A program made the translations under genes and the position numbers. Of a DNA stretch of 64,000 bases, positions 48,686 to 58,052 are shown piece by piece. Location: contig CAVRUC010000001.1 of assembly GCA_963724295.1 (NCBI GenBank), forward strand, positions 64,001 through 128,000. The letters run 5' to 3'. A model generated the notes under the pieces. The model saw only the letters and a program-made list of their open reading frames with translations. It made no database searches and was not told the DNA's origin. How positions within the stretch are numbered: the first letter of the stretch is position 1; each line of letters opens with the position of its first letter. Origin of the DNA: an uncultured Chloroflexia bacterium. GTDB lineage: Bacteria > Chloroflexota > Chloroflexia > Thermomicrobiales > UBA6265.

Positions 48686-50071
48686 ATGGTCACGGCGAGT
48701 CCGGTGCGCATCGACCGCGGTCGCGTCGCGGAGCTTACGGAGCGGGAGCAGAAGAAGCTCGACGCTCGGACCACCAAGTCCGGCGAGATGTATGAACGCG
48801 CCCGGCGATCGCTTTCCGGAGGCGTGGCGTCCTCCTACCAGGTTCGCGACCCATGGCCCATCTATCTGGAAAAGGGCCGCGGTTCAAAGGTCTGGGACGT
48901 CGACGGCACCGAGATGGTCGATTTCCACAATGGGTTCGGCTCGATGGTGCAGGGGCATGCCAACCCGGCCATCGTCGAGGCCGTGCAGAGACAGGTCGCT
49001 CGCGGCACCCACTTCGCGGCCCCGGTCGAGGACGGCATCGTCGTCAGCGAGGAGCTGGTGCGGCGCTTCGGCCTGCCACAGTGGCGCTACGTCAACTCCG
49101 GTTCCGAGGCGACGATGGACGCCATTCGCATCGCCCGCGCCTTCACCGGCCGCGACACGATCGTCAAGATCTTCGGCTCCTATCACGGGCACCACGACTA
49201 CGTGATGGTCTCCATCTCCGTCCCCTACGAGAACATCGGCGACCCCGACAACTACGCCTCGCTCCCGTACGGCGCCGGTATTCCCAAGGCGGCATCCGAT
49301 CTCACGATCCCCGTACCGTTCAACGACGCCGGCGCCATGGAACGCCGCATCGAGCGGCTCTTCGAGGAAGGCCGGCCACCCGCTTGCGTCATCATGGAGC
49401 CAGCCATGATGAATCTGGGCGTGATTCTGCCCGAGCCGGGTTATCTCGAGGCGGTGCGGGAGATTACGAAACGGCATGGCGTCGTCCTGATCTTCGACGA
49501 GGTCAAGACCGGTCTCTGTGTTGCCCCCGGCGGGGCGACCGAGAAGTTCGGCGTGCTGCCGGACATGGTCACCATGGCCAAGGCGCTCGGTGGAGGCCTG
49601 CCGTCCGGCGCCATCGGCGGCAGCGAAGAGGTCATGGAAGTCGTCAACAACCACACGGTCTATCAAGTCGGGACCTACAACGGGAACCCGCTGACGATGG
49701 CCGCGGCGCGGGCGAGCCTGGAGAAAGTGCTCACGCCCGAGGCCTACGACCATCTCGACATGCTCAACGACCGGCTGATGGCTGGTTGCGACGCCGTGCT
49801 CGAGAAATACAACCTCCCCGGGTACACCGTCGGCATCAGCTCGAAAGGGTGCGTCACCTTCTCTCCGACGAAGATCACGGACTACGCCTCGTTCCAGGCG
49901 AGCCATGATGGTGAGCTGACTGATCTCGCCTGGCTCTACATGATGAATCGCGGCGTGTTCATGACTCCGGGACGCGAAGAAGAGTGGACACTCTCCGTTG
50001 CCCACTCGGTGGAGGACGCCGACACCTACATCGCCGCCTTCGAGGAACTGGCGCACGACCTGGTCGCGTAG
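48686..50071 (+). CDS. Class-III aminotransferase, glutamate-1-semialdehyde aminomutase-like
   Basis: NSGSEATM, YHGHHD, FDEVKTG, MAKALGGG, GTYNGNP. Confidence 0.9.
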   Translation: MVTASPVRIDRGRVAELTEREQKKLDARTTKSGEMYERARRSLSGGVASSYQVRDPWPIYLEKGRGSKVWDVDGTEMVDFHNGFGSMVQGHANPAIVEAVQRQVARGTHFAAPVEDGIVVSEELVRRFGLPQWRYVNSGSEATMDAIRIARAFTGRDTIVKIFGSYHGHHDYVMVSISVPYENIGDPDNYASLPYGAGIPKAASDLTIPVPFNDAGAMERRIERLFEEGRPPACVIMEPAMMNLGVILPEPGYLEAVREITKRHGVVLIFDEVKTGLCVAPGGATEKFGVLPDMVTMAKALGGGLPSGAIGGSEEVMEVVNNHTVYQVGTYNGNPLTMAAARASLEKVLTPEAYDHLDMLNDRLMAGCDAVLEKYNLPGYTVGISSKGCVTFSPTKITDYASFQASHDGELTDLAWLYMMNRGVFMTPGREEEWTLSVAHSVEDADTYIAAFEELAHDLVA

Positions 50072-50248
50072 CTCATTTCCGCTCAGCCGCATCAGAGGCC
50101 GCGCCGGATGCTCGGCGCGGCCTCTGTCGTGGGCATCGAACAACACGAGGGTCGCCTGTGGCGCTCGGCCACGAACTGGGACCTTTGGCGCTGCAACCTG
50201 CTTGAGCCGGTCATTGCCGTTCGTCTAGCGTACGTACGGTCTGGCTCG

Positions 50249-50373
50249 CGTGGGAGGGCGCTGGTCAGCCATGGTCCCGAATATGGACCGGACCCCGCCC
50301 TCCGCCACCGGTTCCCCGACGCCGGACGGCCACCGTCGGAACGACCCCTCCCACGTTCAGGAGAGGGGTACGT
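50249..50373 (+). promoter_or_regulatory. Candidate translational RNA switch in the 5' UTR
   Basis: Three competing helices involving the SD region (see finding). Confidence 0.45.
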
Positions 50374-50376
50374 CCA

Positions 50377-51699
50377 ATGCGACTGGTTCGAACCGCAGCA
50401 CGATCACGCGCTCTCGGCGCACGGGTTGCCGCTGCCGTCGCCGCTTTCTCGCTTTTTGCGACCGGCGCGGCGGCGGCTCCTGCCGATCCCGCGACATTCG
50501 CCGCGCCGGCTCTGGCAGTGACATCTGCCGACGCTTGCGCCGATAGCGAAGAGGTCGGCTTCCTGGCGCTCATCAATGAGTACCGGGCGGCATCCGGACT
50601 GCGACCACTGTCGCTTTCCTCCTCGCTCTCGTCAGCCGCGGCGTACCACAGCGTCGATATGGCCGCGAACGGCTACCTGGCCCACACGCTGCTCGACGGC
50701 ACGACCGTGGTGCAAAACATGGCCAACTTTGGATACGAAGGTGGCACGCACGGTGAAAACATTGCCGCCGGTACGCAGACCGCGGCCGAAGCGATGCAGA
50801 CCTGGCAAGGGAGTGCCGAGCACAATACCAACATGCTCAATGCGAGTTTCGGAGCAATCGGGATCGGCCGCGCCTACGATCCAAACTCGCAATACGGATG
50901 GTATTGGACGACGATTTTTGGTGATGTCAGCGACGGTCCCGGCTGGCTCTGCGGGCAGGCGCCGCCACCCAGCAAGAGCCTGAGCCTGTTTCAGTCGGTT
51001 GACGGCGCCACCAGTGCCAGTGACGTCAATGTCCGCACCGGTCCTGGGGCAGAGTATGACGTGGTAACGACGCTGCCCCCGAACACGGCGATGACCGTCA
51101 CCGGCGGCGAGGTGAATGCCTTCATCCCGGTGAAGGTCGACGGGATGTTCGGTTGGGTGGCCACGGACTGGGTCGAGCGCGGCGCCGTTACGCTCGAGCA
51201 AACCGCATCGCCTAGCCAGCCGGGTACTGCCACCGCTATCCAGGCGATCGAGCTGCGAGACGCGCCGCTGGATGAAGCGGCCGCCATGGGCACGATCCCG
51301 TCCGTTGCCGTTGTGACGCTCACTGGCGAGGCTCAGGACGGTTACCTGCGAGTCGTCTACAACGGTCAGGAAGGGTGGGCGGACGCCGCATACCTCGAGG
51401 TGGCGGACAGTTCGTCGAGCGCGGGGACCGTGCAACAAGCACAGGTAGCCGAGGCGCCGGCTCCGGCCCAGGACGCGGCGTTGGCTCCAGCACCCAATCC
51501 GGGCTCGCCGGTCGGGGCAGAGGCGATCGCGACCAATAACGTAAATCTGCGGGCTCAGCCGAGTGCTACCGCGGAGATTCTGACTGTCGTCCCGGCGGGC
51601 AGTCCGGTGACACTCACTGGTTCGCAAGCCAACGGCTATTTCAACGTCCGCATCGCCGGTCAGGCAGGTTGGATCGACAGCAGGTACCTGCAACAGTAG
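50377..51699 (+). CDS. Secreted CAP (SCP) domain protein with three SH3b domains
   Basis: Signal peptide; INEYR, H..DMA, GENIAAG, W..S..H..NML, YWT..FG; VNVRTGPG, ELRDAP, VNLRAQP each with GW. Confidence 0.9.
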   Translation: MRLVRTAARSRALGARVAAAVAAFSLFATGAAAAPADPATFAAPALAVTSADACADSEEVGFLALINEYRAASGLRPLSLSSSLSSAAAYHSVDMAANGYLAHTLLDGTTVVQNMANFGYEGGTHGENIAAGTQTAAEAMQTWQGSAEHNTNMLNASFGAIGIGRAYDPNSQYGWYWTTIFGDVSDGPGWLCGQAPPPSKSLSLFQSVDGATSASDVNVRTGPGAEYDVVTTLPPNTAMTVTGGEVNAFIPVKVDGMFGWVATDWVERGAVTLEQTASPSQPGTATAIQAIELRDAPLDEAAAMGTIPSVAVVTLTGEAQDGYLRVVYNGQEGWADAAYLEVADSSSSAGTVQQAQVAEAPAPAQDAALAPAPNPGSPVGAEAIATNNVNLRAQPSATAEILTVVPAGSPVTLTGSQANGYFNVRIAGQAGWIDSRYLQQ

Positions 51700-51779
51700 C
51701 GCTCGAGACGAATCTCTTGACTCGCGCCGCCGCTACCGCGACGATTCAATCGTGACTAGAGCGATCGCTGGAGGCGCGG

Positions 51780-52605
51780 ATGTCCGAGACACGTCTGGCC
51801 GATTACGCCTCGCTTGCTGACCAGATCGCCAGCTGGCTTCGCTTCCAGATGGAGCAGGTTGGCGCCTCCCGTCTGGTCCTGGGTCTCAGCGGCGGCATCG
51901 ATTCCGCGGTCGTTTGCGCACTCAGCACGATGGCCGCTGGCCCGTCGCGGGTGATTGCCGCCATCATGCCCATCCACTCCCGCCCGGAAGATATGCGGGA
52001 TGCGGAGCTGGTCGCGAGCGCCTTCGAAGTCGTTCCCCGCGTGATCGAACTGGTCCCAGCGCACGATGCCCTTGATCGCCGCGATGCCCGGGGACGATGC
52101 CGCCGGGCTGGAAGACGCAAACGTCGACCCGGCTCGGCAGGCAACGCGCCGCCAGCTGGCACTTGCCAACGTCAAGCCTCGCCTTCGCATGACCTCGCTC
52201 TATTTCCTCGCCAACCGCTACAACGGTCTGGTGGTTGGCACCGGGAACAAGACCGAGCTGGCGATCGGGTACTTCACCAAGTACGGCGACGGCGGGGTCG
52301 ACGTCCTGCCGCTAGGGGATCTCGACAAGACCGCGGTCCGTGGTCTGGCCCGGACGCTCGGAGTCCCCGAACCGGTGATCACCAAGGCTCCCTCGGCGGG
52401 TCTGTGGGAGGGTCAGACCGACGAGGCAGAGATTGGTGTCACCTACGAGGAGCTCGATCGAGTTCTGGCCGGCGGTGAGCTTGACGAACCCCTTGCACCC
52501 GGCACCATGGAGCGCATCTCGGCTCTCGTTACGGCATCCGAGCATAAGCGGCGTGCCATTCCGGTGTTTCGGCGGGATTCGGTCGACGTCATGTCGAGGC
52601 CATGA
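51780..52605 (+). pseudogene. nadE: NH3-dependent NAD+ synthetase, apparent +1 frameshift
   Basis: GLSGGIDS in the first frame; NVKPRLRM, GTGNKTE, YFTKYGDG, KAPSAGL, QTDE in the second; removing one C at 52069-52071 joins them. Confidence 0.88.
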
Positions 52606-52644
52606 CCGGTCACTCCTCGTTGGCGTCGGAGACGGAGCATTGAG

Positions 52645-53223
52645 TTGCGGTCTCTCCGTAGACACGTTCGCGAGCTCGATCCGAAAGCGGTGGCGATCTC
52701 AGGTCTCGCCGCCGGCGCCGCCTTTGTCGCGGTGCTCGAAACCGATCTCCGGCTGACCGGCAGAAATGTGGACGACCTGATGGTCCTGGGTCGCCCATTC
52801 GTTGAGGAGCCGGCAAGGGCACGCGCCCTGGGTGGCGGTATACACGCGGTCAACTCGCTTGCGCTGGCGAGCCTGTACGCCGTGCTGGAGCGGCACATTC
52901 CGGGGCCGGCCTGGCTAAAGGGCGTCATCTTTGCCAATGTCGAAAATGTGATCCTCTACCCTGTCACCCTGTTCGAGGACATCCACCCGGCGATCCGCAC
53001 CGGCCAGGTCGACCGCTACTTCACCTGGCCGGCGTTCTGGCAGTCGGTTCCCCGGCACATCGCCTTCGGCGCGGTGCTCGGTGTTCTCTACGATCGGCTG
53101 CGACCGGCGATAACGAGCGGATCCACCCGAGTCTCACGGGATATGTCGTTCATGATCTGCGGCGCCGGGGCTGGTCTCGCGCGGAACTTGTCCCGCCGGC
53201 TCCCTGAGACTCCAGCCAGCTGA
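52645..53223 (+). CDS. Hypothetical membrane protein
   Basis: Hydrophobic segments with H..N and HIAFG.VLG pattern; TTG start after GGAG. Confidence 0.65.
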   Translation: MRSLRRHVRELDPKAVAISGLAAGAAFVAVLETDLRLTGRNVDDLMVLGRPFVEEPARARALGGGIHAVNSLALASLYAVLERHIPGPAWLKGVIFANVENVILYPVTLFEDIHPAIRTGQVDRYFTWPAFWQSVPRHIAFGAVLGVLYDRLRPAITSGSTRVSRDMSFMICGAGAGLARNLSRRLPETPAS

Positions 53224-53899
53224 TCGCGTCCGCGAGACTCTCCAGTCTCGCGTCGACTTCGACCGGCGCGGCCAGATGGCGTGTGTGCGCGTTCGGTACC
53301 CAGACGCGGCGCATCCCGGCCCGAGCCGCGGCCTCCAGGCCGGCCGGCGCATCCTCGAAAACGACGCAGGACCGGGGAGCAACCCCGAGCCGCTCCGCGG
53401 CCAACAGGAACAAGTCGGGCGCCGGCTTTCCAAATTGCACCTCGTCGCCGGTGACCTCGACCTCGAACCGGCCCATCAGCGCGGCTTCGGTCAGGGCGAC
53501 CTCGGCTTGGCCCCGGGAGCTGGACGTGGCCAGGGCGCGGGGCAACCCTTTGGCGGCCGCCCAATCGAGCAGTTCCACCGCGCCCACCATCGCGACGACA
53601 TTCCCTCGTAGGGCCTCGAGTCTCATTGCATCGAAGGCGACGACATGTTCGTCGAGTGGACCTGGCAGGTCATACGCCGCTGCCACTATTTCCATCGCCT
53701 CGGGGAGGCGCCGCCCCAGGGCACCCTCGAGGGTGCTCGCCAACATCTCGTGTCCGTGGCCATCGAGGAAGAGCCGCAATGCCTCCCCTGACGCGGTTTC
53801 GCTATCGACCAGCAAACCGTCCATGTCGAGGACGAGCGCCGCGATGGGCTCGGGTTGTCGGCCGCGGGGCACTGCAGACACGAATTCCTCCTGATTCAC
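53150..53899 (-). CDS. HAD-superfamily phosphatase (CbbY/beta-PGM-like)
   Basis: DMDGLLVDSE, ATSS, GKPAPD, FED. Confidence 0.92.
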   Translation of the reverse strand: MNQEEFVSAVPRGRQPEPIAALVLDMDGLLVDSETASGEALRLFLDGHGHEMLASTLEGALGRRLPEAMEIVAAAYDLPGPLDEHVVAFDAMRLEALRGNVVAMVGAVELLDWAAAKGLPRALATSSSRGQAEVALTEAALMGRFEVEVTGDEVQFGKPAPDLFLLAAERLGVAPRSCVVFEDAPAGLEAAARAGMRRVWVPNAHTRHLAAPVEVDARLESLADAISWLESQGAGGTSSARDQPRRRRS

Positions 53900-54083
53900 C
53901 GTCTACCCACTTCATCCTGTGATCGCGGTTGACGGTGAAGCACGGCCTACCGCCGCCGAACGCGTCGCCGGAGTCAGACCGAACGAAACATTCCCCGCAA
54001 GATAAGAATCGCCAGACACTCTGCCGCGAAAGGAGCGATGATCGCGGCAGGCAGACATCATCGCACGCACGTGGGAGAACTCC

Positions 54084-55100
54084 ATGAGCGAAGACGGCAG
54101 TCATCCGTGGATCCGCCAGTTCCGCAAACGCGTTGGCTGGGGACTTCAAGCGTTCCCTGCACCACACGATCCCGACCCCACGTCGCGGGTGTTGGCTGCC
54201 GGGCGCCTCGCCGACACGCTCGGGTTCGACGCGTTCTTTCTCGGCGATCATCCGGCATATGCGCCCGAAGTCTGGCTGCATCTCAGTGCGCTCGCTGTTC
54301 AGACCTCGCGGGTTCGCCTCGGCTCGGTCGTCCTTTGCGCAGGCTACCGGCCGCCGGTCCTCACCGCGCGGCTAGCGGCCGACCTCGACAACCTCTCCGG
54401 CGGGCGCGTCATTCTCGGCCTCGGTCACGGTTGGAACGCCACGGAGTTCGCGCAGCTCGGCCTCCCCTTTCCCGCGGTGCCGGAGCGACAGGCAGCGTTA
54501 GCCGAATCGATCGAGATCATTCGCGGCGTCTGGGGACCAGAGCCATTCACCTATCACGGCCGCTATCACCGCACCGACAACGAGCGCGTCACCCCACCGC
54601 CGCTGCAGAAGCCATCTCCACCACTCATCGTGGCTGGGAGCGGAGAACGCACCGCGCTCAGGCTCGTGGCGCGGTACGCCGACGCCTGCAATTTTGGACC
54701 GGGACATGCCACCGGGCTAGTAAGGACGCCGGACGAAGTGCGGAGAAAGAACGCCGTGGTCGACCAGTACTGTCAGGAGGTCGGTCGCGACCCTCGCACC
54801 GTTCTGAGAACCCACTTCACAAGCTGGCTGATGCTGGCGCCAACCGATGCGGCTGCCCGCGCCAAGCTCGACCATTACTACCCCGCGGGCATCAACGAGG
54901 AGCAACAGTTCAGTCGCGTGGTTGGTACCCCTGCGCGGGTCGCCGCCTACTACCAGTCGTTGGTCGACGCCGGGATGGAGTACTTCGTGGTCCAGACGCT
55001 CGACGCCGCGGACATGGAGACGATCGAACTGCTGGCGCGCGAGGTAATCCCGCTCGTCTTACCAGCCGCGGACGCAGTCTCCGACGTGCGAAAAGCCTGA
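54084..55100 (+). CDS. LLM-class flavin-dependent oxidoreductase
   Basis: GFDAFFLGDH, SGGRVILGLGHGW, PPPLQKP.PPLIVAGSG. Confidence 0.9.
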   Translation: MSEDGSHPWIRQFRKRVGWGLQAFPAPHDPDPTSRVLAAGRLADTLGFDAFFLGDHPAYAPEVWLHLSALAVQTSRVRLGSVVLCAGYRPPVLTARLAADLDNLSGGRVILGLGHGWNATEFAQLGLPFPAVPERQAALAESIEIIRGVWGPEPFTYHGRYHRTDNERVTPPPLQKPSPPLIVAGSGERTALRLVARYADACNFGPGHATGLVRTPDEVRRKNAVVDQYCQEVGRDPRTVLRTHFTSWLMLAPTDAAARAKLDHYYPAGINEEQQFSRVVGTPARVAAYYQSLVDAGMEYFVVQTLDAADMETIELLAREVIPLVLPAADAVSDVRKA

Positions 55101-55242
55101 ACCCCCATGTCATCTCAGAATTGGCGAAGCAAACGATGTCACCGGGAGAGCCGAAGCGAGAAGCCAAATCAATCTCGAATCCGCACGAAATCCCGGTGCT
55201 ACCATCCTCACCGAGAGAGGAATCGAGCAAAGGAACAACGGT

Positions 55243-56104
55243 TTGGTTGGGGAACACCCGCGACATCAGCCTGATCTGGATGGCGCTATCGCGGCGGCGC
55301 TCGCGGCCGGCGCTATCGTGCAGAGAATTCTATGACGGAGAAACGGCGGCGACCTATGCGAAGGGCGATGGGTCTCCCGTAACCGATGCGGATCTCGCCG
55401 CGGACCAGGCGATTCGTGCTGTATTGACCGAGCGTTTTCCCAACGACGCGATCCTGAGCGAGGAGGGTCAGGACCACGACCGCCGCCTGAGCGTTTCACG
55501 GTGCTGGATCGTGGATCCGGTCGACGGCACCGAGCAGTTCATCCAGCGCACCGGGGAGTTCGACGTTCTCGTGGCGCTGGTCGAAAACGGTCGTCCTGTC
55601 GCCGCGGCCGGTTATCAACCGAGCACCCGACTCCTGATCACCGCGCTGCACGATGGAGGCGCCTGGATGCGCAGCGGAGAAAGCGCGTGGCAACGGGTGC
55701 GCCTGCAGCCCGCCGATGCTCAGTTGCGCATCGGGACGTCAAAGTGGTTTGGCTCTCCCGCTAACGCCGCCATCATCGATTCTGTCGCCAACCGACTCGG
55801 CGTCGCGCAGGAACGACCGGCCGTAACCGGGTTTTCGCCACGCATGCTTCTATCTCCAAGGGCGGTCGACGTCATGATTGGCGTGCGTCCGGGCACCGAC
55901 CAGACGATGGCGTCCGAGTGGGATTTCGCGGTGGCCGATCTGGTTATCCACGAGGCGGGCGGTATGGTGACGGATCTCATGGGCCGACAGTTCCGCTACA
56001 ACAAGCGGGTCCCAAACAATGTTGGCGGTCTGGTCGCGGCAGCCGACCCGGCGTCGCATGCCCGCGTCCTGGCCGCGCTTCAGCACGAACTGGACGGTTT
56101 GTGA
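55243..56104 (+). pseudogene. Inositol monophosphatase/CysQ family, apparent frameshift near 55322
   Basis: KGDGSPVTDAD, LSEE, WIVDPVDGT, EWD; the N-terminal helix DLDGAIAAALAAGAIV is in an adjacent frame behind an AAGGA RBS. Confidence 0.8.
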
Positions 56105-56253
56105 CCCGATCAACATCTGGCTGCTTCGCGAGTACTGGGGTGAGACGCATCGTACCGCCAGGCAACTCTCGACGGTGGAGCCGGACAGCAACCCAAGCGC
56201 ACGGTATAGCGCCCAACGAGCACCCGAGCGAATAGACGCGATCGAGGGAACTG

Positions 56254-57693
56254 ATGTCGTTATTACAACCGGTGACCCGGGCGAGACGGCGGTCGCTCTG
56301 GCTGCAAGAGGCCCTGACGCGTGAGCCAGAGGCGGAGATGGTTGAGCCGCTGTCCGGCGGCCACCGCACCGATGTCTGCATCGTCGGTGGCGGTTACACC
56401 GGATTATGGACCGCGCTGCAGATCAAGTGGCTCGATCCCTCGGTAGACGTGATGCTGCTGGAGGCGGACATCTGCGGCTCAGGTGCAAGTGGACGTAACG
56501 GCGGATTCGTCACCAGTTGGTGGGAGAAGCTCGGTTCGCTGGTCGACAAGTACGGCGAAGAGGAAGGGATGCGGCTCGCCCGCGAGTCCGCCGCGGCCGT
56601 GGCGGCCATTGGGCAGGTTTGCACCGACTACGGCATCGACGCCGATTTCCGGCCCGGCGGCGTACTGCATACCGCCACCGCGCCGGCGCATATCGGCGCC
56701 TGGGACGAAGCCGTGCGGGCAACGCGAGCGCGTGGCATCGACGTCTTCACCGAGCTGGACCCGGCCGAGGTGGCGCGACGTGCGGGCTCACTCGTCCACC
56801 TGGGTGGGATCTGGGACCGGAGTGGCGCTCGGGTGCAACCAGCGCTGCTGGCGCGGGGACTGCGTCGGACTGCGATCGAGCATGGGGTTCGCATCTGGGA
56901 ACGGAGTCCGGTGGTCGAGGTTCTCCGCGGCCGGCCGCCAGTCGTGCGGACGACATTCGGCGCCGTAGTGGCGGAGAAGGTCGTCCTGGCCACGAACGCC
57001 TGGCTTTGCTCGCTGCCGGAAATCCGGCGGTCCGTCCTGCCCATGACCAGCGACATGGTGGCCACGGCGCCAATTCCGGAGCGGCTGGCGGAGATCGGCT
57101 GGACCGGAGACGAGTGCGTCGCCGACGCGCACCTGATGGTCCACTACTACCGGACGACCACTGACGGCCGCATTGCCTTCGGCAAGGGCGGCTGTTCGCA
57201 CGCCTACCTCGGTCGAATTACGCAATCGTTCCAGGATCCCGGACCACGCATCGCACGCACCGAGCGCTCGTTTCGCCGCATCTATCCCGCCCTTCGCGAC
57301 GTACCGATTACCCATACGTGGACTGGACCCATCGACCGCAGTGAGACAAACAGCCTGTTCTTCGGCCATCTCGATGGCAACCCCGACATTCTTTACGGGG
57401 TCGGATACTCGGGAACGGGCGTCGGTCCGTCGTATCTCGGGGGGCGGGTGCTGGCCTCGACCGCGCTCGAGCGCCACGATGAATGGCAGGACAGCCCCAT
57501 CAACCGCGGGCCGCGGTCGCTCTATCCCTACGACCCGATTCGATACGTCGGCGGTAATGTCGTGCGCGCGGCGGTGCTCCGCAAGGAAGCGGATCTCAAC
57601 GCCGGGCGAGCGTCAGCACCGGTCGTCGAGCTCCTGCACAGGTTCGTTCCGTCTGGATTGCGCGAGGCAAACCTGAACCCCCCACCCGGCTGA
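56254..57693 (+). CDS. FAD-dependent oxidoreductase (DAO/PuuB-like)
   Basis: SLW, IVGGGYTG, GASGRNGG, LATNA, WTGPID, GYSGTGV. Confidence 0.9.
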   Translation: MSLLQPVTRARRRSLWLQEALTREPEAEMVEPLSGGHRTDVCIVGGGYTGLWTALQIKWLDPSVDVMLLEADICGSGASGRNGGFVTSWWEKLGSLVDKYGEEEGMRLARESAAAVAAIGQVCTDYGIDADFRPGGVLHTATAPAHIGAWDEAVRATRARGIDVFTELDPAEVARRAGSLVHLGGIWDRSGARVQPALLARGLRRTAIEHGVRIWERSPVVEVLRGRPPVVRTTFGAVVAEKVVLATNAWLCSLPEIRRSVLPMTSDMVATAPIPERLAEIGWTGDECVADAHLMVHYYRTTTDGRIAFGKGGCSHAYLGRITQSFQDPGPRIARTERSFRRIYPALRDVPITHTWTGPIDRSETNSLFFGHLDGNPDILYGVGYSGTGVGPSYLGGRVLASTALERHDEWQDSPINRGPRSLYPYDPIRYVGGNVVRAAVLRKEADLNAGRASAPVVELLHRFVPSGLREANLNPPPG

Positions 57694-57778
57694 TGGAAGG
57701 CCCGCTTGCCGATCCGTCACCTTGAGGCTACGCTCCAGCCAGGCGAAACCGAAGCGGCGGGCGCGGGAGGAGCATGGC

Positions 57779-58042
57779 ATGGAGACGTACAACATTTATA
57801 TGGACGAGGCGCCGGCGGCGGGGGATACCAATGGCGACGAGGGGTGGGAGGTCGAGTTCCGCGTCGTGGGACAGAGCATTGACGACGGCGACCCCGAAAA
57901 CAATGCCGTTCTGGCCGGGCTCGATCTTGTGGACCTGATCAACTTGCGCGATGCCCTGCAGCAGGAGATCGACAACTTCGCATTGACGGCATTGGAGACT
58001 CAGGCAATGGTCAGCGATACCGGCGAGGAGCTCATGCCGTAA
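57779..58042 (+). CDS. Small acidic hypothetical protein
   Basis: GGAGGAG RBS; 87 aa with plausible globular pattern. Confidence 0.7.
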   Translation: METYNIYMDEAPAAGDTNGDEGWEVEFRVVGQSIDDGDPENNAVLAGLDLVDLINLRDALQQEIDNFALTALETQAMVSDTGEELMP

Positions 58043-58052
58043 ATGCGCGCGA

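Noticed and set aside
50272..50295. AATATGG loop reminiscent of a purine riboswitch
   Set aside because: The TTTCTAC junction and the CCGTAAA partner loop are absent
54038..56104. 688-aa ORF that looks like a large fusion
   Set aside because: Its N-terminal part is a shadow frame over the LLM gene; only the last ~260 aa (CysQ-like) are real
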